NCBI GenBank assembly: GCA_963796055.1
Contig: CAWCKH010000003.1
Span: forward strand, 448,001-512,000
Direction of reading: 5' to 3'
Origin: an uncultured delta proteobacterium
GTDB taxonomy: Bacteria > Myxococcota > Myxococcia > Myxococcales > Myxococcaceae
Length of the DNA: 64,000 nucleotides
The translations under genes were made by a program, and so were the position numbers. Below the pieces are notes generated by a model. The model did no database searches, was not told the origin of the DNA, and was given only the letters and a program-made list of their open reading frames with translations. Of the stretch, positions 1 to 10,305 are shown one piece after another (within the stretch, counting starts at the first letter, position 1; each line of letters opens with the position of its first letter).

Positions 1-920
1 ATGTAGATCAGCCGCTTGTCGGGCGAGAGCGCGACGGTGGGCTTCTCCACCTTCACGTTGAGGAACCCACGATCGTAGTAGGCGGCCTCGATGATCGCCA
101 GGTCGCGCTGGAAGGCCTCCTCGCGGAAGGTGCCCTCACCGGTGAGGAATCCGAAGAAGTTCCCCTCCCGGGTGATCATCAGCGCCTTGAGCTCGTCGGA
201 CGAGACCTTCTCCGCGCCGATGAGGTTCACCTGCTTCACCATCACCTTGGCGTGCTCGTTGATCACGAACACCACGTCGGCCTGGTTGGTGCCCTGGACG
301 GGGACGACCTTGAAGGTGACCTCGGCGAGGAAGAAGCCCTTCTCGACGTACTTCTCCTGGATCTTCTTTTCGTTCCGCCTCACCGCGTCCAGGTCGAGGA
401 TCTGGTACGGCTTGAGGTCGATGACGTCCTTGAAGTCATCCTTGTTGAGCTCCTCGTTCCCCTGCAGGAGCCACTGGCGGATCGACGGCCGCTCCACCAC
501 CCGCACCACGTAGGCGATGCCCCCGTTCGGGAGCCGCTGGGTGAGCAGCTGGATGTCCTGGAAGTAGCCCAGGCTCCAGAGCGACTGGATGTCGGCGCCG
601 GTGAGCGTGGGGTCGAAGGGACGGCCCAGCTTGTTCTTCAGCGCGCGCTTGATGACCTCCGGCTCGACCCGGCGGTTCCCCTCGATGCGGATCTCGGAGA
701 TGACGTCCGAGCCGCTGGCCACCGGGACGTCGGTCTGGGTCGCCGCGCCCGGGGTGCCGGCGTCGGGTGCGCTGGCGCCCTCGGCGGCAGTCTCGGGGCT
801 GGCGGGCGCCACGGTGCCCGCGTCTGCTTCCTGACCGCGCGAGGCGGAAGGGAGGACGAGCACGAGCAGGGCGGCGGCCAGGAGCCAGGTGGCGGTCGTC
901 TTGCGTGCGGAAACGTTCAA
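1..920 (-). CDS. bamA: Outer membrane protein assembly factor BamA, N-terminal part (runs off the window start)
   Basis: Manual translation from a TTG at 920 gives a signal peptide (LNVSARKTTATWLLAAALLVLVLP), an Ala/Pro linker and POTRA repeats (IRIEGNRRVEPE, LWSLGYFQDIQ, YVEKGFFLAEV, YYDRGFLNVKV). It follows lolD. Start codon is inferred. Confidence 0.92.
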   Translation of the reverse strand, partial: MNVSARKTTATWLLAAALLVLVLPSASRGQEADAGTVAPASPETAAEGASAPDAGTPGAATQTDVPVASGSDVISEIRIEGNRRVEPEVIKRALKNKLGRPFDPTLTGADIQSLWSLGYFQDIQLLTQRLPNGGIAYVVRVVERPSIRQWLLQGNEELNKDDFKDVIDLKPYQILDLDAVRRNEKKIQEKYVEKGFFLAEVTFKVVPVQGTNQADVVFVINEHAKVMVKQVNLIGAEKVSSDELKALMITREGNFFGFLTGEGTFREEAFQRDLAIIEAAYYDRGFLNVKVEKPTVALSPDKRLIY

Positions 921-956
921 CCTCGTCGAGGAGCGGCGGCCGTTGGAAGGGCGCGC

Positions 957-986
957 ACTGTAGGGGAGGGAGGAGGACAGGGACAA
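957..986 (-). promoter_or_regulatory. Putative sigma70-type promoter for bamA
   Basis: Minus strand reads TTGTCC-18 nt-TACAGT, followed by a GC-rich GCGCGCCC. Confidence 0.4.
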
Positions 987-998
987 TGGTGAAAAGCT

Positions 999-1673
999 CT
1001 ACGCCGGCTCGACCTTGCCCCCTGCGAGCCGCAGCCTCCGCGGCATCGAACGGGCCAGCGCCTCGTTGTGGGTCACCACCACGGCCGTGATGCCCAGGTC
1101 GCGGTTCACCTCGCGGAGGACCTGATGGATGCCCTCGCCGGTGACTGGATCCAGGTTGCCGGTGGGCTCGTCGGCCAGCAGCAGCGCCGGCTCGAGCACC
1201 AGCGCCCGGGCCAGCGCCACCCGCTGTGCCTCCCCGCCGGACAGCTCGCCCGGACGGTGGTCCACCCTGGCACCCAGCCCCACCCGCTCCAGCAACCCCC
1301 GGGCGCGCCGCAGGGCCGCCGAGCGCTCCATCCGCTGCACCAGGGCGGGGATGGCCACGTTCTCCAGCGCGGTGAACTCCGGGAGCAGGTAGTGGCTCTG
1401 GAAGACGAACCCCACCGTCCGGTTGCGGAAGCGGGCCAGGTCGGCGTCGGGAAGCGCGAGAACGTCCACCCCGTCCACCGACATCGTTCCTGCCACCGGC
1501 GCATCCAGCGTGCCCAGCACGTGGAGGAAGGTGCTCTTCCCCGACCCGGACGCGCCCACCAGGCTCACCAGCTCGCCGCGCTCGATGTCCAGCGATAGCC
1601 CCCGCAGCACGTCGATGCGCGCGCCGTGGAGCCAGTAGCTCTTGGAGAGCTCGCGGATCTCGACGAAGGCCAC
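999..1673 (-). CDS. lolD: Lipoprotein-releasing ABC transporter ATP-binding protein
   Basis: Walker [48 protein letters not shown]; lies between lolC/E and bamA. Confidence 0.93.
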   Translation of the reverse strand: MAFVEIRELSKSYWLHGARIDVLRGLSLDIERGELVSLVGASGSGKSTFLHVLGTLDAPVAGTMSVDGVDVLALPDADLARFRNRTVGFVFQSHYLLPEFTALENVAIPALVQRMERSAALRRARGLLERVGLGARVDHRPGELSGGEAQRVALARALVLEPALLLADEPTGNLDPVTGEGIHQVLREVNRDLGITAVVVTHNEALARSMPRRLRLAGGKVEPA

Positions 1674-1680
1674 GGGTCCC

Positions 1681-4024
1681 CTACTCTCCCTTCAGCCCTT
1701 CCACCGGCTCGACGCGCGAGGCGCGCAGCGCGGGGTAGATCGATGCGAGGTAGGTCACCAGGATTGCGATGAGCACGGTGAGCGCCGTCTGCAGCGGCTC
1801 GACCTTCACCGGCAACGAGGGGATGTAATAGACCTCCGGGTCGAGCCGGAGCCCCACCTTCTCGATGAAGAGGCACCAGGCCAGGCCGGAGATGAGCCCC
1901 AGCAGGCCTCCGGCCACGCCGATCTGCAGGCCCTCGGCGAGGAAGATCTTCACGATCCCCCCCTGCGGCACGCCCAGCGCCTTGAGGACCGAGATCTCCT
2001 TGCGCTTCTCCAGCACCAGCATGGTCACCGTGGCGACGATGAGCCCCGCGGCGACCACCACGATGATGGAGAGGATGATGCCCATCACCAGCTTCTCCAG
2101 CCGCAGCGCGGAGAAGAGGTTCCGGTTCATCTCCCCCCAGTCCTTGGTGCGATAGGGGTACCCCTCCAGGGTGTTGAGCACGGTCGAGGCGATGCGCCGG
2201 GCGTCGTCCACGTCCTTGACCTTGAGCTCGACTCCGGTGGCCCCGGGGATGCCGAAGAAGGACTCGGCCGCCTGCAGGCCGACGTAGACGAACTTCGAGT
2301 CGTACTCGAACATTCCCGTGTAGAAGATGCCGGCCACCCGGAAGGCCTTCGACTTGGGGATGGGCCCCGAGGGCCCCACGCCGCCCCCGAGCGGCGAGAC
2401 CACCGTCAGCGGGTCGCCCACCAGGACACGGAGACTCGAGGCCAGCTCGCGGCCGAGCAGGATGCCGGGGAGCGGCGGCCCCGCAGGCGCCTCCTTCGGC
2501 ATCTGGATGACCTCGTCGTCCTTCGGCTGGTCCATCTTGTAGCGGCTGCGGACCGGGATGTCCTCGGGGTGCGCGAGCCAGCGGATGTCCCCGCCGGGCA
2601 GGACATTCTTCGGGAGGTCCGTCACCTGGCCGGTGGTGGCCGGGTCGACGCCCTTGATGATCGCCCCGTCCACGTTGGCCTCGCTCGCCACCATCACCTG
2701 GCCCAGGAGGAACGGGGTCTCGCCGACGACGCCAGGCACCTGGGCGACCTTCTTCATCACCTCGGGGTACTCGGGCATCCCGGCCTGCGGGTCGCCGTAC
2801 TTGAGGACCACCACGTGGGCGTTGGTGCCGAGGATCTTCTTCTGGAGGTCCACCTCGAAGCCGCTCATCACGCTGAGGACGATGATCAGCGCCATGACCC
2901 CCACCCCGACCCCGCCCACGCTCAGCGCGGTCATCATCTCGGTGGGGGACTGGCTCCGCTCCTGCGCCTCGTGGAGCGCCTTGGCCGCCGCCAGCGGATC
3001 GCGCCGCCCCAGCGCGCGGATGCGCGTCCGCTCCACCGCCGCGTCCGCCGCGCGGAGGATGCCCAGGACGATGAGTGGCGGGATGATGCCCAGCAGCAGC
3101 ACCACCAGCCCGCCGAGCAGCAGGCGGGGGCGGAAGATGTGGACGTGTCGCCGGGCGACGAACAGCTCGAACCCGGTGCGTACGTCGAGCCGGCCCGAGG
3201 CGTTGGCCACGAACCCGGTGAGGATGCCCAGGGTGAGGGCCAGCACCAGCAGGCTGAAGACCAGCCAGTACCCCAGCTCGGGCCGGCCCAGGAGATTCGC
3301 CAGGTAGATGATCTCCCGGAACCGCGGCCCCAGGGTGGCATCCAGCGCCGGGACGGAGGGGAGCACCGTGAGCAGCGCCGGGAGCGGAACGCCGAGGTAG
3401 AGGACGGCGATGGTCGCCTCGGGCGCGGAGCAGCTTGCGGGCGCGAGCCGCGCCGACGAATCCTCCGAGGAACGCCACCCCCGCCGCGGCGGTGAGCGCC
3501 ACGCCGAACGCGGCCGGCGGTCCCCACCCCACCCCGCGGGAGGCGGAGGCCAGGGCGGTCTGGAGCAGCACCAGGACCAGCTCCGCCCCGAGGATGCCCA
3601 CCCCGTAGGCGGCCAGGGTCCCCAGGTGAAAGTCACGCCAGCCGGCCAGCGGCGCCGACAACCCGCCGCCGGTCTGCTCGGCGCGCACCGGCTCGGTGCC
3701 TGCCTTGCGTGCGCTCCCGAGCGCCACCAGCGCCCAGCCGACGAGCCAGGCCCCCGCCGCCGGGCCGAGCAGCCACACCGCGGGGCTGGGCGCCGCAGTC
3801 CGCCGCGCTTCCAGCACGCCCTTGACCGCGCCCACCAGCGGGCCCCAGCCGAAGGCGCCGAGCCCCAGCCGGGCCAGCACCGGTCCCCAGGCGCCCACGC
3901 GCCCCACCTCCACCGCGGCGAGCACCGCGCCGGTGAGCAGCAGCACCGCGCCCACGCCACGGAGCAGCCACCGGGCGTGGGGCCGGGCAGGGGCCGCGAC
4001 GCCGAGGGCGAGCGGCTCGTCCAT
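1681..4024 (-). CDS. lolE: Lipoprotein-releasing ABC transporter permease (LolC/E family) with a long N-terminal membrane extension; one +1 frameshift at about 3430
   Basis: C-terminal LolC/E motifs (GVMALIIVLSVMSGFE, GMFEYDS, WGEMNRNLFSALRLEK, YPALRASRVEPVEGLKGE). ATG at 4024 overlaps the lysS TGA. The hydrophobic N-terminal frame changes at AAG CTG C TCC GCG (3433-3427). Confidence 0.85.
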
Positions 4025-5538
4025 CAACGCTTCTCGGGCTTGAGCAGCGGGAAGAGGATGACGTCGCGGATGGAGGGGGTGTCGGTGAGGAGCATCGCCA
4101 GCCGGTCCACACCCAGGCCCTCCCCGCCGGTGGGCGGCATGCCGTGCTCGAGGGCCCGGATGTAGTCCTCGTCGTAGTCCATCGTCTCGGTGGCCCCTCT
4201 CCGCTTGGCCTCCAGCTGGGCCTCGAACCGGCCCTTCTGGTCCAGCGGGTCGTTCAGCTCGCTGAACCCGTTGGCGATCTCCCGGCCGACGATGAACAGC
4301 TCGAACCGGTCGGCGATTTCGGGCCGGGCGTCGTTCCGGCGCGCCAGGGGGCTGATCTCGGTGGGGAACTCGGTGACGAAGGTGGGCTGAACCAGCCGCG
4401 ACTCCACGGCGTGCTCGAAGAGGACCGCCAGCATCGCCCCCGGCCCGAAGGCGGCCAGGTGGTTGCGCTCGCCCTCCGGGAGCCGGGGGCCGATCTCCGC
4501 CCGGAGCCGGTCGGCGTCCTTCAGGTCGGACTCGTTCAGCGCGGGGAATGCCTGGCGGACCGCCTCGGCCATCGGGAGCCGCGGCCAGGGCGGGGTGAAG
4601 TCGATGGACTGACCCTGGTAGGCGACCTTCATCGAGCCGGTCACCCGCTCGGCCGCGCCCGAGAGCATCTCCTCGGTCTGGACCATCATGTCCTCGTAGG
4701 TGGCGTAGGCCTGGTACCACTCGAGCATCGTGAACTCGGGGTTGTGCCGGGTGCTGACCCCCTCGTTCCGGAAGTTGCGGTTGATCTCGTAGACCCGTTC
4801 CAGGCCTCCGACCACCAGACGCTTGAGGTACAGCTCCGGGGCGATGCGCAGGAAGAGCGGGATGTCGAGCGCGTTGTGGTGGGTGGTGAAGGGCCGCGCC
4901 GCCGCGCCGCTCACCAGGCTGTGCATCATCGGCGTCTCGACCTCGACGAAGCCCCGCCGGTCGAGGAACTCGCGGAGGTAGCGGACCAGCGCCGTCCGCT
5001 TGAGGAAGGCCTCCTTCACCTCGGGGTTCGAGACCAGGTCCAGGTAGCGCTGGCGGTACCGCGTCTCCACGTCGGCCAGGCCGTGCCACTTCTCGGGGGG
5101 CGCGCGGAGCGCCTTGGTGAGGGGCAGGTACTCGGTCGCGGCGAGGGTGAGCTCTCCGGTCTTGCTCCGGAACAGCGTCCCCTGGACCCCCACGAAGTCG
5201 CCCAGGTCGGTGAGCTTGAAGAGCTCGAACCGATCTCCGAGCGCGTCCTTCTTGACGTGGACTTGGATCTCACCGCTGCGGTCGCGGAGCTTGATGAACG
5301 CCGCCTTGCCGAAGCTCCGCAGCGCCACCACCCGGCCGGCGATGGAGTACGTCGGCCGCGACGCCTCCAGCTGCTCGGCGGTGTCCGAGGCGTGCTTCCG
5401 GGCGATGTCGCCGGCGAGGTCGGCGGGGCGAAAGCCGTTGCCGAAGGGGTTGCACCCCAGGCTGCGCCAGCGCTCGGCCTTCTCCTGGCGCTGCGCGTAG
5501 AGCTCGTGCTCCTTCGCCGATTCGGTGTCGTCGCTCAC
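4024..5538 (-). CDS. lysS: Lysyl-tRNA synthetase (class II)
   Basis: RYRQRYLDL, FVEVETPMM, LRIAPELYLKRLVVGG, NFRNEG..HNPEFTMLE, GMPPTGGEGLGVDRL. Confidence 0.98.
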   Translation of the reverse strand: MSDDTESAKEHELYAQRQEKAERWRSLGCNPFGNGFRPADLAGDIARKHASDTAEQLEASRPTYSIAGRVVALRSFGKAAFIKLRDRSGEIQVHVKKDALGDRFELFKLTDLGDFVGVQGTLFRSKTGELTLAATEYLPLTKALRAPPEKWHGLADVETRYRQRYLDLVSNPEVKEAFLKRTALVRYLREFLDRRGFVEVETPMMHSLVSGAAARPFTTHHNALDIPLFLRIAPELYLKRLVVGGLERVYEINRNFRNEGVSTRHNPEFTMLEWYQAYATYEDMMVQTEEMLSGAAERVTGSMKVAYQGQSIDFTPPWPRLPMAEAVRQAFPALNESDLKDADRLRAEIGPRLPEGERNHLAAFGPGAMLAVLFEHAVESRLVQPTFVTEFPTEISPLARRNDARPEIADRFELFIVGREIANGFSELNDPLDQKGRFEAQLEAKRRGATETMDYDEDYIRALEHGMPPTGGEGLGVDRLAMLLTDTPSIRDVILFPLLKPEKR

Positions 5539-5554
5539 GGTCGTGCAGGCTCTC

Positions 5555-6674
5555 CTACTCCGGAACGGCCCGGTTGGGGTTCTTCACGCCCAGCAGCTGG
5601 GCGGTGACGAAGTCGTCCAGCTTGCCGTCCAGCACCGCGTCCACGTTTCCGGTCTCCACCCCGGTCCGGAGGTCCTTCACCAGCCGGTAGGGGGCGAGCA
5701 CATAGCTGCGGATCTGCGAGCCGAAGGCGATGTCCTTCTTCTGCGACTCGGCCTCGTCGCGGGCCTGGTTCCGCTTCTGCAGCTCGAGGTCGTAGAGCCG
5801 GGAGCGGAGGATCTTCCAGGCCATGTCCCGGTTGGCGTGCTGGCTGCGCTCGTTCTGCATCGCCACGGTGATCCCGGTGGGGACGTGGGTGAGGCGGACG
5901 GCGGACGAGGTCTTGTTCACCTTCTGGCCCCCCGCCCCGCTCGCCCGGTACACGTCGACCCGGACGTCCTTCTCCGGGATGTCGATGACGATGTCGTCGT
6001 CCACCTCGGGGTAGACGGTGACCGAGGCGAAGGACGTTTGGCGGCGGGCGTTGGCGTCGAAGGGGCTGATGCGGACCAGGCGGTGCACCCCGTTCTCCGC
6101 CCTGAGGTAACCGTAGGCGTTCTCGCCGGTGACCTTGATCGAGACGTTCTTCAGGCCCGCCTCCTCGCCGGCCACGAAGTCGTTGATCTCCACCGTCCAG
6201 CCCTTCGACTCGGCGTAGCGCGTGTACATCCGCAGCAGCATCGCCGCCCAGTCCATGGACTCGGTGCCCCCGGCGCCAGCGTTGATCTCCATGTAGGCGT
6301 TGGCGTGGTCGTTCTCACCGGAGAGCATCCGCTGCAGCTCGAGCGCCTCCACGTCGCGCTCGACGGCGTCCAGCGAGCCCTCGGCCTCGGCCCGGGCGGC
6401 ATCGTCCCCGGCCTCCTCGGCCAGCTCGAGCAGGGTGCGGGCGTCGTCCAGCGCCCGCTCCACGCGCTCGAACCCCTCCACCTGCGCGGCCAGCCCCGCC
6501 TTTTCTCGTAGCAGGCCCTGCGCCTTGACCTGGTCGTTCCAGAAGTCGGGCTGGCCCGCGTCCCGGTCGATCAGCGCGATGCGTGACCGCTTGCGGTCGA
6601 GGTCAAAGATGCCCCCGGAGCGCGTCCAGGCGCGCCTGCAGGGAGCCGAGTCGTTCCGTCGCGTCGATGGGCAT
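5555..6674 (-). CDS. prfB: Peptide chain release factor 2, with programmed +1 frameshift
   Basis: ATG at 6674 gives MPIDATERLGSLQARLDALRGHL, then CTT TGA C at 6608-6602. The +1 frame contains SPF (RISPFDANARR) and GGQ (ASGAGGQKVN). Confidence 0.97.
6602..6617 (-). promoter_or_regulatory. prfB +1 ribosomal frameshift cassette
   Basis: Minus strand reads CGGGGG CAT CTT TGA C: an internal SD-like G run, a 3-nt spacer and the CTT-TGA shift site. Confidence 0.95.
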
Positions 6675-6677
6675 GAG

Positions 6678-8411
6678 TCAGGAGTGTCCGAGCGGACCGG
6701 CCCGGCGGAAGCGGAGGCGGACCAAGGCCACCAGCCCCGAGAGCCCGGCAAAGAGCGCGGCAAGGTACGCGGGAATGTCGCCGATGACAACGTACGGCGT
6801 GCTGCCCTCCATCAAGGGGAGCTCCGCCATCCGCCACTCCGGCCCGGTCAGCTCCGCGGCCGAGACCGACAGCCGGTCGCTGGGGACGATGCCCACCTCG
6901 GTCGCGTCGAATACCCTGCCCACCGGGTCGATGAAGGCGCTGACCCCGGTGTTCGCCGCCCGGGCCACCGGCCGCCCCGTCTCCACCGCCCGGGTCGCCA
7001 CCATGTGGAGGAACTGGAACGGCGCCGAGCTGAAGCCGTACCAGGCGTCGTTGGTCATGTTGACCAGCACGTGGGCTCCGTTCCGGGCGTAGGTCCGGGA
7101 GATCTCCGGGAAGATGGCGTCGAAGCAGATCTCGATGCCCAGGCGGACCGGGGGGCCGTCGGGCCGGCGCAGCACCGCCGGGCCGAGGTCGTTCCCCGGG
7201 GCGAAGCTCGCGCCCACGATGTTGCCCACGCCCAGCAGCTCGTCCAGGCGCCACGGCACGTACTCGCCGAACGGCACCAGGTGGTTCTTCACGTAGTGGT
7301 GGGCAATGCCCAGGGTGGGGTCGAGGAGGAAGGCCGCGTTCTCGTTCCCCTTGCGGAGGTTCCTGGGGTCGAACACGTCCACGCCGACCAGGAGACCGGC
7401 ACGGTAGCCGCCCGGGCGAAGGCCGGCCTCGGTGAGCCGGGTCACCCCGGTGGGGAACGCCAGCGGGTAGCTGCCCTCCGGCCAGACGATGAGCTCGGCG
7501 CCCGCCTGCTCCGCGGCGGCGGTGGGCGGGAGGTAGCGGCCGAGGATGGTCGCCGCCCGCGAGCTGCCCCGGGACATCTTGAGCTTCTGGTCGACGTTGC
7601 CCTGCACCACCGCGGCCTTGACCCGCGGCGCCGCGGCCGCCGCCCGGTCCATCGCCCGGACGTGGAATGCCCCGTACGCGTGCCCGAGCACCAGGACCGC
7701 CGAGGCCAGGGCGAGGAGCGCCCGCGGCATCGGACGCTCGCGGAGCCGCCACCACCGCCAGACCTCGTAGAGCGCTCCGTTCACCACCGCCACCGCGAGG
7801 GCGACACCGTAGACCCCGCCGAGGCTCGCCAGCTGGTGGAACCACAGATTCCGCGTCTGGGTGTAGCCGAGGTTGGCCCAGGGGAAGCCGGAGCAGAAGT
7901 AGTTCCGCATCAGCTCGGTGGCCATCCACACCGGACCGACGGTCCACCCCATGCTCCAGCCGAGGCCGCGCTCGAGGAGCCGCAGCAGGCCCGTGGCGAT
8001 GGCCCAGTGGAAGGCGCACCAGGCCACCAGCAGCTCGAGCGCGGGGATGCTGAGCCAGTTCGGCATCCCGCCGAAGGTCACCATCGCCACGTTCACCCAC
8101 CAGAACGCCCCGGTGAAGAACACCATCCCGGCGAGCATCCCTGCGCCGAATGCCCGCCACGGCGAGAGTCGCCGGATGGCGAGGAGCATCGGGACGAGAC
8201 AGAGGAAGGCCAGCGGCTCGAGGATGCCGGAGGCGAACAGCTCGCGCCGGGGGCCAACCGGGAAGGCGATGGGGAACGCCGCGGCGCCGAGCAGTCCGGT
8301 GAGGACGAGGGCCCCGATGCGCCAGGGCACGAGGACGCGCTCGCGCCGGCCGGGCACGGCGGTGAGGGCCAGGGGGGCCCCGGGAGAGGGAGGGAGGGCG
8401 ACGGCGGACAT
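6678..8411 (-). CDS. lnt: Apolipoprotein N-acyltransferase
   Basis: GFPWANLGYTQ, VVQGNV, IVWPEG, KNHLVPFGEYVP, ICFDAIFP, NMTNDAWYG, RAANTGVS. Start ATG at 8411 is inferred. Confidence 0.96.
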   Translation of the reverse strand: MSAVALPPSPGAPLALTAVPGRRERVLVPWRIGALVLTGLLGAAAFPIAFPVGPRRELFASGILEPLAFLCLVPMLLAIRRLSPWRAFGAGMLAGMVFFTGAFWWVNVAMVTFGGMPNWLSIPALELLVAWCAFHWAIATGLLRLLERGLGWSMGWTVGPVWMATELMRNYFCSGFPWANLGYTQTRNLWFHQLASLGGVYGVALAVAVVNGALYEVWRWWRLRERPMPRALLALASAVLVLGHAYGAFHVRAMDRAAAAAPRVKAAVVQGNVDQKLKMSRGSSRAATILGRYLPPTAAAEQAGAELIVWPEGSYPLAFPTGVTRLTEAGLRPGGYRAGLLVGVDVFDPRNLRKGNENAAFLLDPTLGIAHHYVKNHLVPFGEYVPWRLDELLGVGNIVGASFAPGNDLGPAVLRRPDGPPVRLGIEICFDAIFPEISRTYARNGAHVLVNMTNDAWYGFSSAPFQFLHMVATRAVETGRPVARAANTGVSAFIDPVGRVFDATEVGIVPSDRLSVSAAELTGPEWRMAELPLMEGSTPYVVIGDIPAYLAALFAGLSGLVALVRLRFRRAGPLGHS

Positions 8412-8476
8412 CGGGATGCGGGTGCTCCTACCAGAACCCTCGGCGGGACGGGTGTCGTCCCGGCACCGAACGTCGG

Positions 8477-9031
8477 TCACCGAGGGGGAACCATCCCCGG
8501 CCGGCCCAGGAGCCTCGCCTCGAGGGCGGCCATCCGCTCGGCATCCCGGCGGCGGTGGTGGTCGTGGCCGAGCAAGTGGAGCAGCCCGTGCGCGAGGTAC
8601 AGGTCCAGCTCCTCGGCGAGTGCGCGCCCGCGGGCCCGGGCCTGCCGACGGGCGGTGTCGAGCGAGAGGATGACGTCCCCGAGGTGGTGCGGGCCAATCG
8701 TTCCGGAGGGCGGCTCCCCGGCGGGGAAGCTGAGCACGTCGGTGGGCCGGTCCTTCCGGCGCCAGCTGCGGTTGAGCTCCTGGATGCCAGGGTCGGTGGT
8801 GAGGAGGACGGAGAGCTCCACATCCTCGAGCGCCAGCGTGGCAAGAAAGGCCCGGGCCCGGGCCCGAAGGCGGGACAGGTGTCTTCGGCCGGATGGCATG
8901 TCGGCTCGGGCCTCGACCAGCGGCCGGCGGGAGCGGGCAGCGGAGGAGCGGCTACGCGGAGCGCGCTCGGCCTGGGTGGGCCGCCTCCCGGCGGCTACAC
9001 CGCCCACCCGGGTTCGCACTTGACGAGGCAT
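8477..9031 (-). CDS. ybeY: rRNA maturation endoribonuclease YbeY
   Basis: LNRSWRRKDRPTDVLSFP, LGDVILS, HGLLHLLGHDH. Start uncertain (9031 or 8899). Confidence 0.93.
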   Translation of the reverse strand: MPRQVRTRVGGVAAGRRPTQAERAPRSRSSAARSRRPLVEARADMPSGRRHLSRLRARARAFLATLALEDVELSVLLTTDPGIQELNRSWRRKDRPTDVLSFPAGEPPSGTIGPHHLGDVILSLDTARRQARARGRALAEELDLYLAHGLLHLLGHDHHRRRDAERMAALEARLLGRPGMVPPR

Positions 9032-9074
9032 TGCCGTATCGACGTCTACCCCTTCTCGCTGCCGTTGGGAGGCG

Positions 9075-10205
9075 TCAGCGAAGGACGTCGCCACCAGCGC
9101 TTCCGTCCGCCGGCAGCTCGAGGATGAAGGTCGTCCCCTCCTCGGCCGTCGAACGGACGCGGACCTCGCCACCGTGCCCCACGGCGACCTGGCGCACGAT
9201 GTACAGCCCGAGCCCGATGCTGCCGCCGAGCGCGCCGGCGTGCAGACCGCGCTGGAACGGCTCGAAGAGACCCGGGAGCAGCTCGGTGGGAATCGGAGGG
9301 CCGTGGTTGTGCACCGACAGCTCCGCCCTGTCCTCCCGTGCCGACAGACGGACCGTCACCGGAAGCTCGGGGTCTCCGTGCTGGAGCGCGTTGCCCACCA
9401 GGTTCCCCACCGCCTGGGCGAGCCGCTCGGGGTCCCAGAAGCCGGTCGGGCGGGCCAGCGCCTCCCACTGGACCCGGCGCACCTGGTCCTCGGGCATTCC
9501 GTCGAGGACGCGGGTCACCACTGCATCGAGCGCCACGGGTTCGGGCGCGAGCGGCAGGCCCTGCCCCCGCCGGATCCGGGTGACATCGAGCAGCCCGGAG
9601 ATGATGGCCTGCATCCGGTCGGTGGAGCGCTCCATCCGTTCCACCGTCCGGACGTGTTCCCCGGGGACGCCCCGCCGGCGCATCGTCTCCAGCCCCAGCC
9701 GCACCGAGGAGAGCGGGTTTCGCAGGTCGTGGCTGACGATGCCCAGCAGCTTCTGCTCGAACTCGGCGGCGGCCTCGAGCTTCCGCCGCTCCACCTCCAC
9801 CGCTGCTCGCACCAGCGCCGCTTCCCTCTCCACTCTCCGCCGCGCGGTGACGTCCCGTCCCACGCAGGTCACGTGCTCCAGCCGGCCGGTCGGGGAGGGG
9901 ATGGGCGACAGGGTGTACTCGAACCAGCGGGTTTCCTGCCCGTCGAGGAAGCCCAGCTCGTTCCGCGCCGGCGCGCCGGTGACGAAGACCGCCCGCAGCT
10001 GCACCCGGAACTCGGGAAAGGTGGCGGTCCCGAAGACCTCGTCCATGGTTCGCCCGAGCATCTGCGCCGGGGTGAGCCCCATCGCCGCCGCGCCGAGCTG
10101 GTTCACATAGACGTACCGGATGTCGCGGTCGAGGATGTAGACGTTCTCCTGCACCACCTCCAGCGCCCGGCGGAGCAGCTCCAGCTCGTCCGCCCTGGTC
10201 GGCAT
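9075..10205 (-). CDS. Orphan cytoplasmic PAS-domain sensor histidine kinase
   Basis: PAS domain (YILDRDIRYVYVN...GRDVTARR), H-box SHDLRNPL, N-box NLVGNALQH, LFEPF, GLGLYIV. Confidence 0.9.
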   Translation of the reverse strand: MPTRADELELLRRALEVVQENVYILDRDIRYVYVNQLGAAAMGLTPAQMLGRTMDEVFGTATFPEFRVQLRAVFVTGAPARNELGFLDGQETRWFEYTLSPIPSPTGRLEHVTCVGRDVTARRRVEREAALVRAAVEVERRKLEAAAEFEQKLLGIVSHDLRNPLSSVRLGLETMRRRGVPGEHVRTVERMERSTDRMQAIISGLLDVTRIRRGQGLPLAPEPVALDAVVTRVLDGMPEDQVRRVQWEALARPTGFWDPERLAQAVGNLVGNALQHGDPELPVTVRLSAREDRAELSVHNHGPPIPTELLPGLFEPFQRGLHAGALGGSIGLGLYIVRQVAVGHGGEVRVRSTAEEGTTFILELPADGSAGGDVLR

Positions 10206-10305
10206 CGTCGCCGCACGCTAGCGGCCGTCCGTGGCCCCACGCCGGCTCCGTTCGGACGGGACGTCCACCAGTGAGCGTCCCGCCACCCGTGCGGACCGTA
10301 ACCCT

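Noticed and set aside
1565..5089. 1174-aa ORF and the many other long overlapping or antisense ORFs (e.g. 6300..9023, 41150..43927, 51511..54225)
   Set aside because: Arg/Gly/Pro-rich shadow frames expected in very GC-rich DNA. Only the part of 1565..5089 from 4024 to about 3431 is real (the lolE N-terminus).
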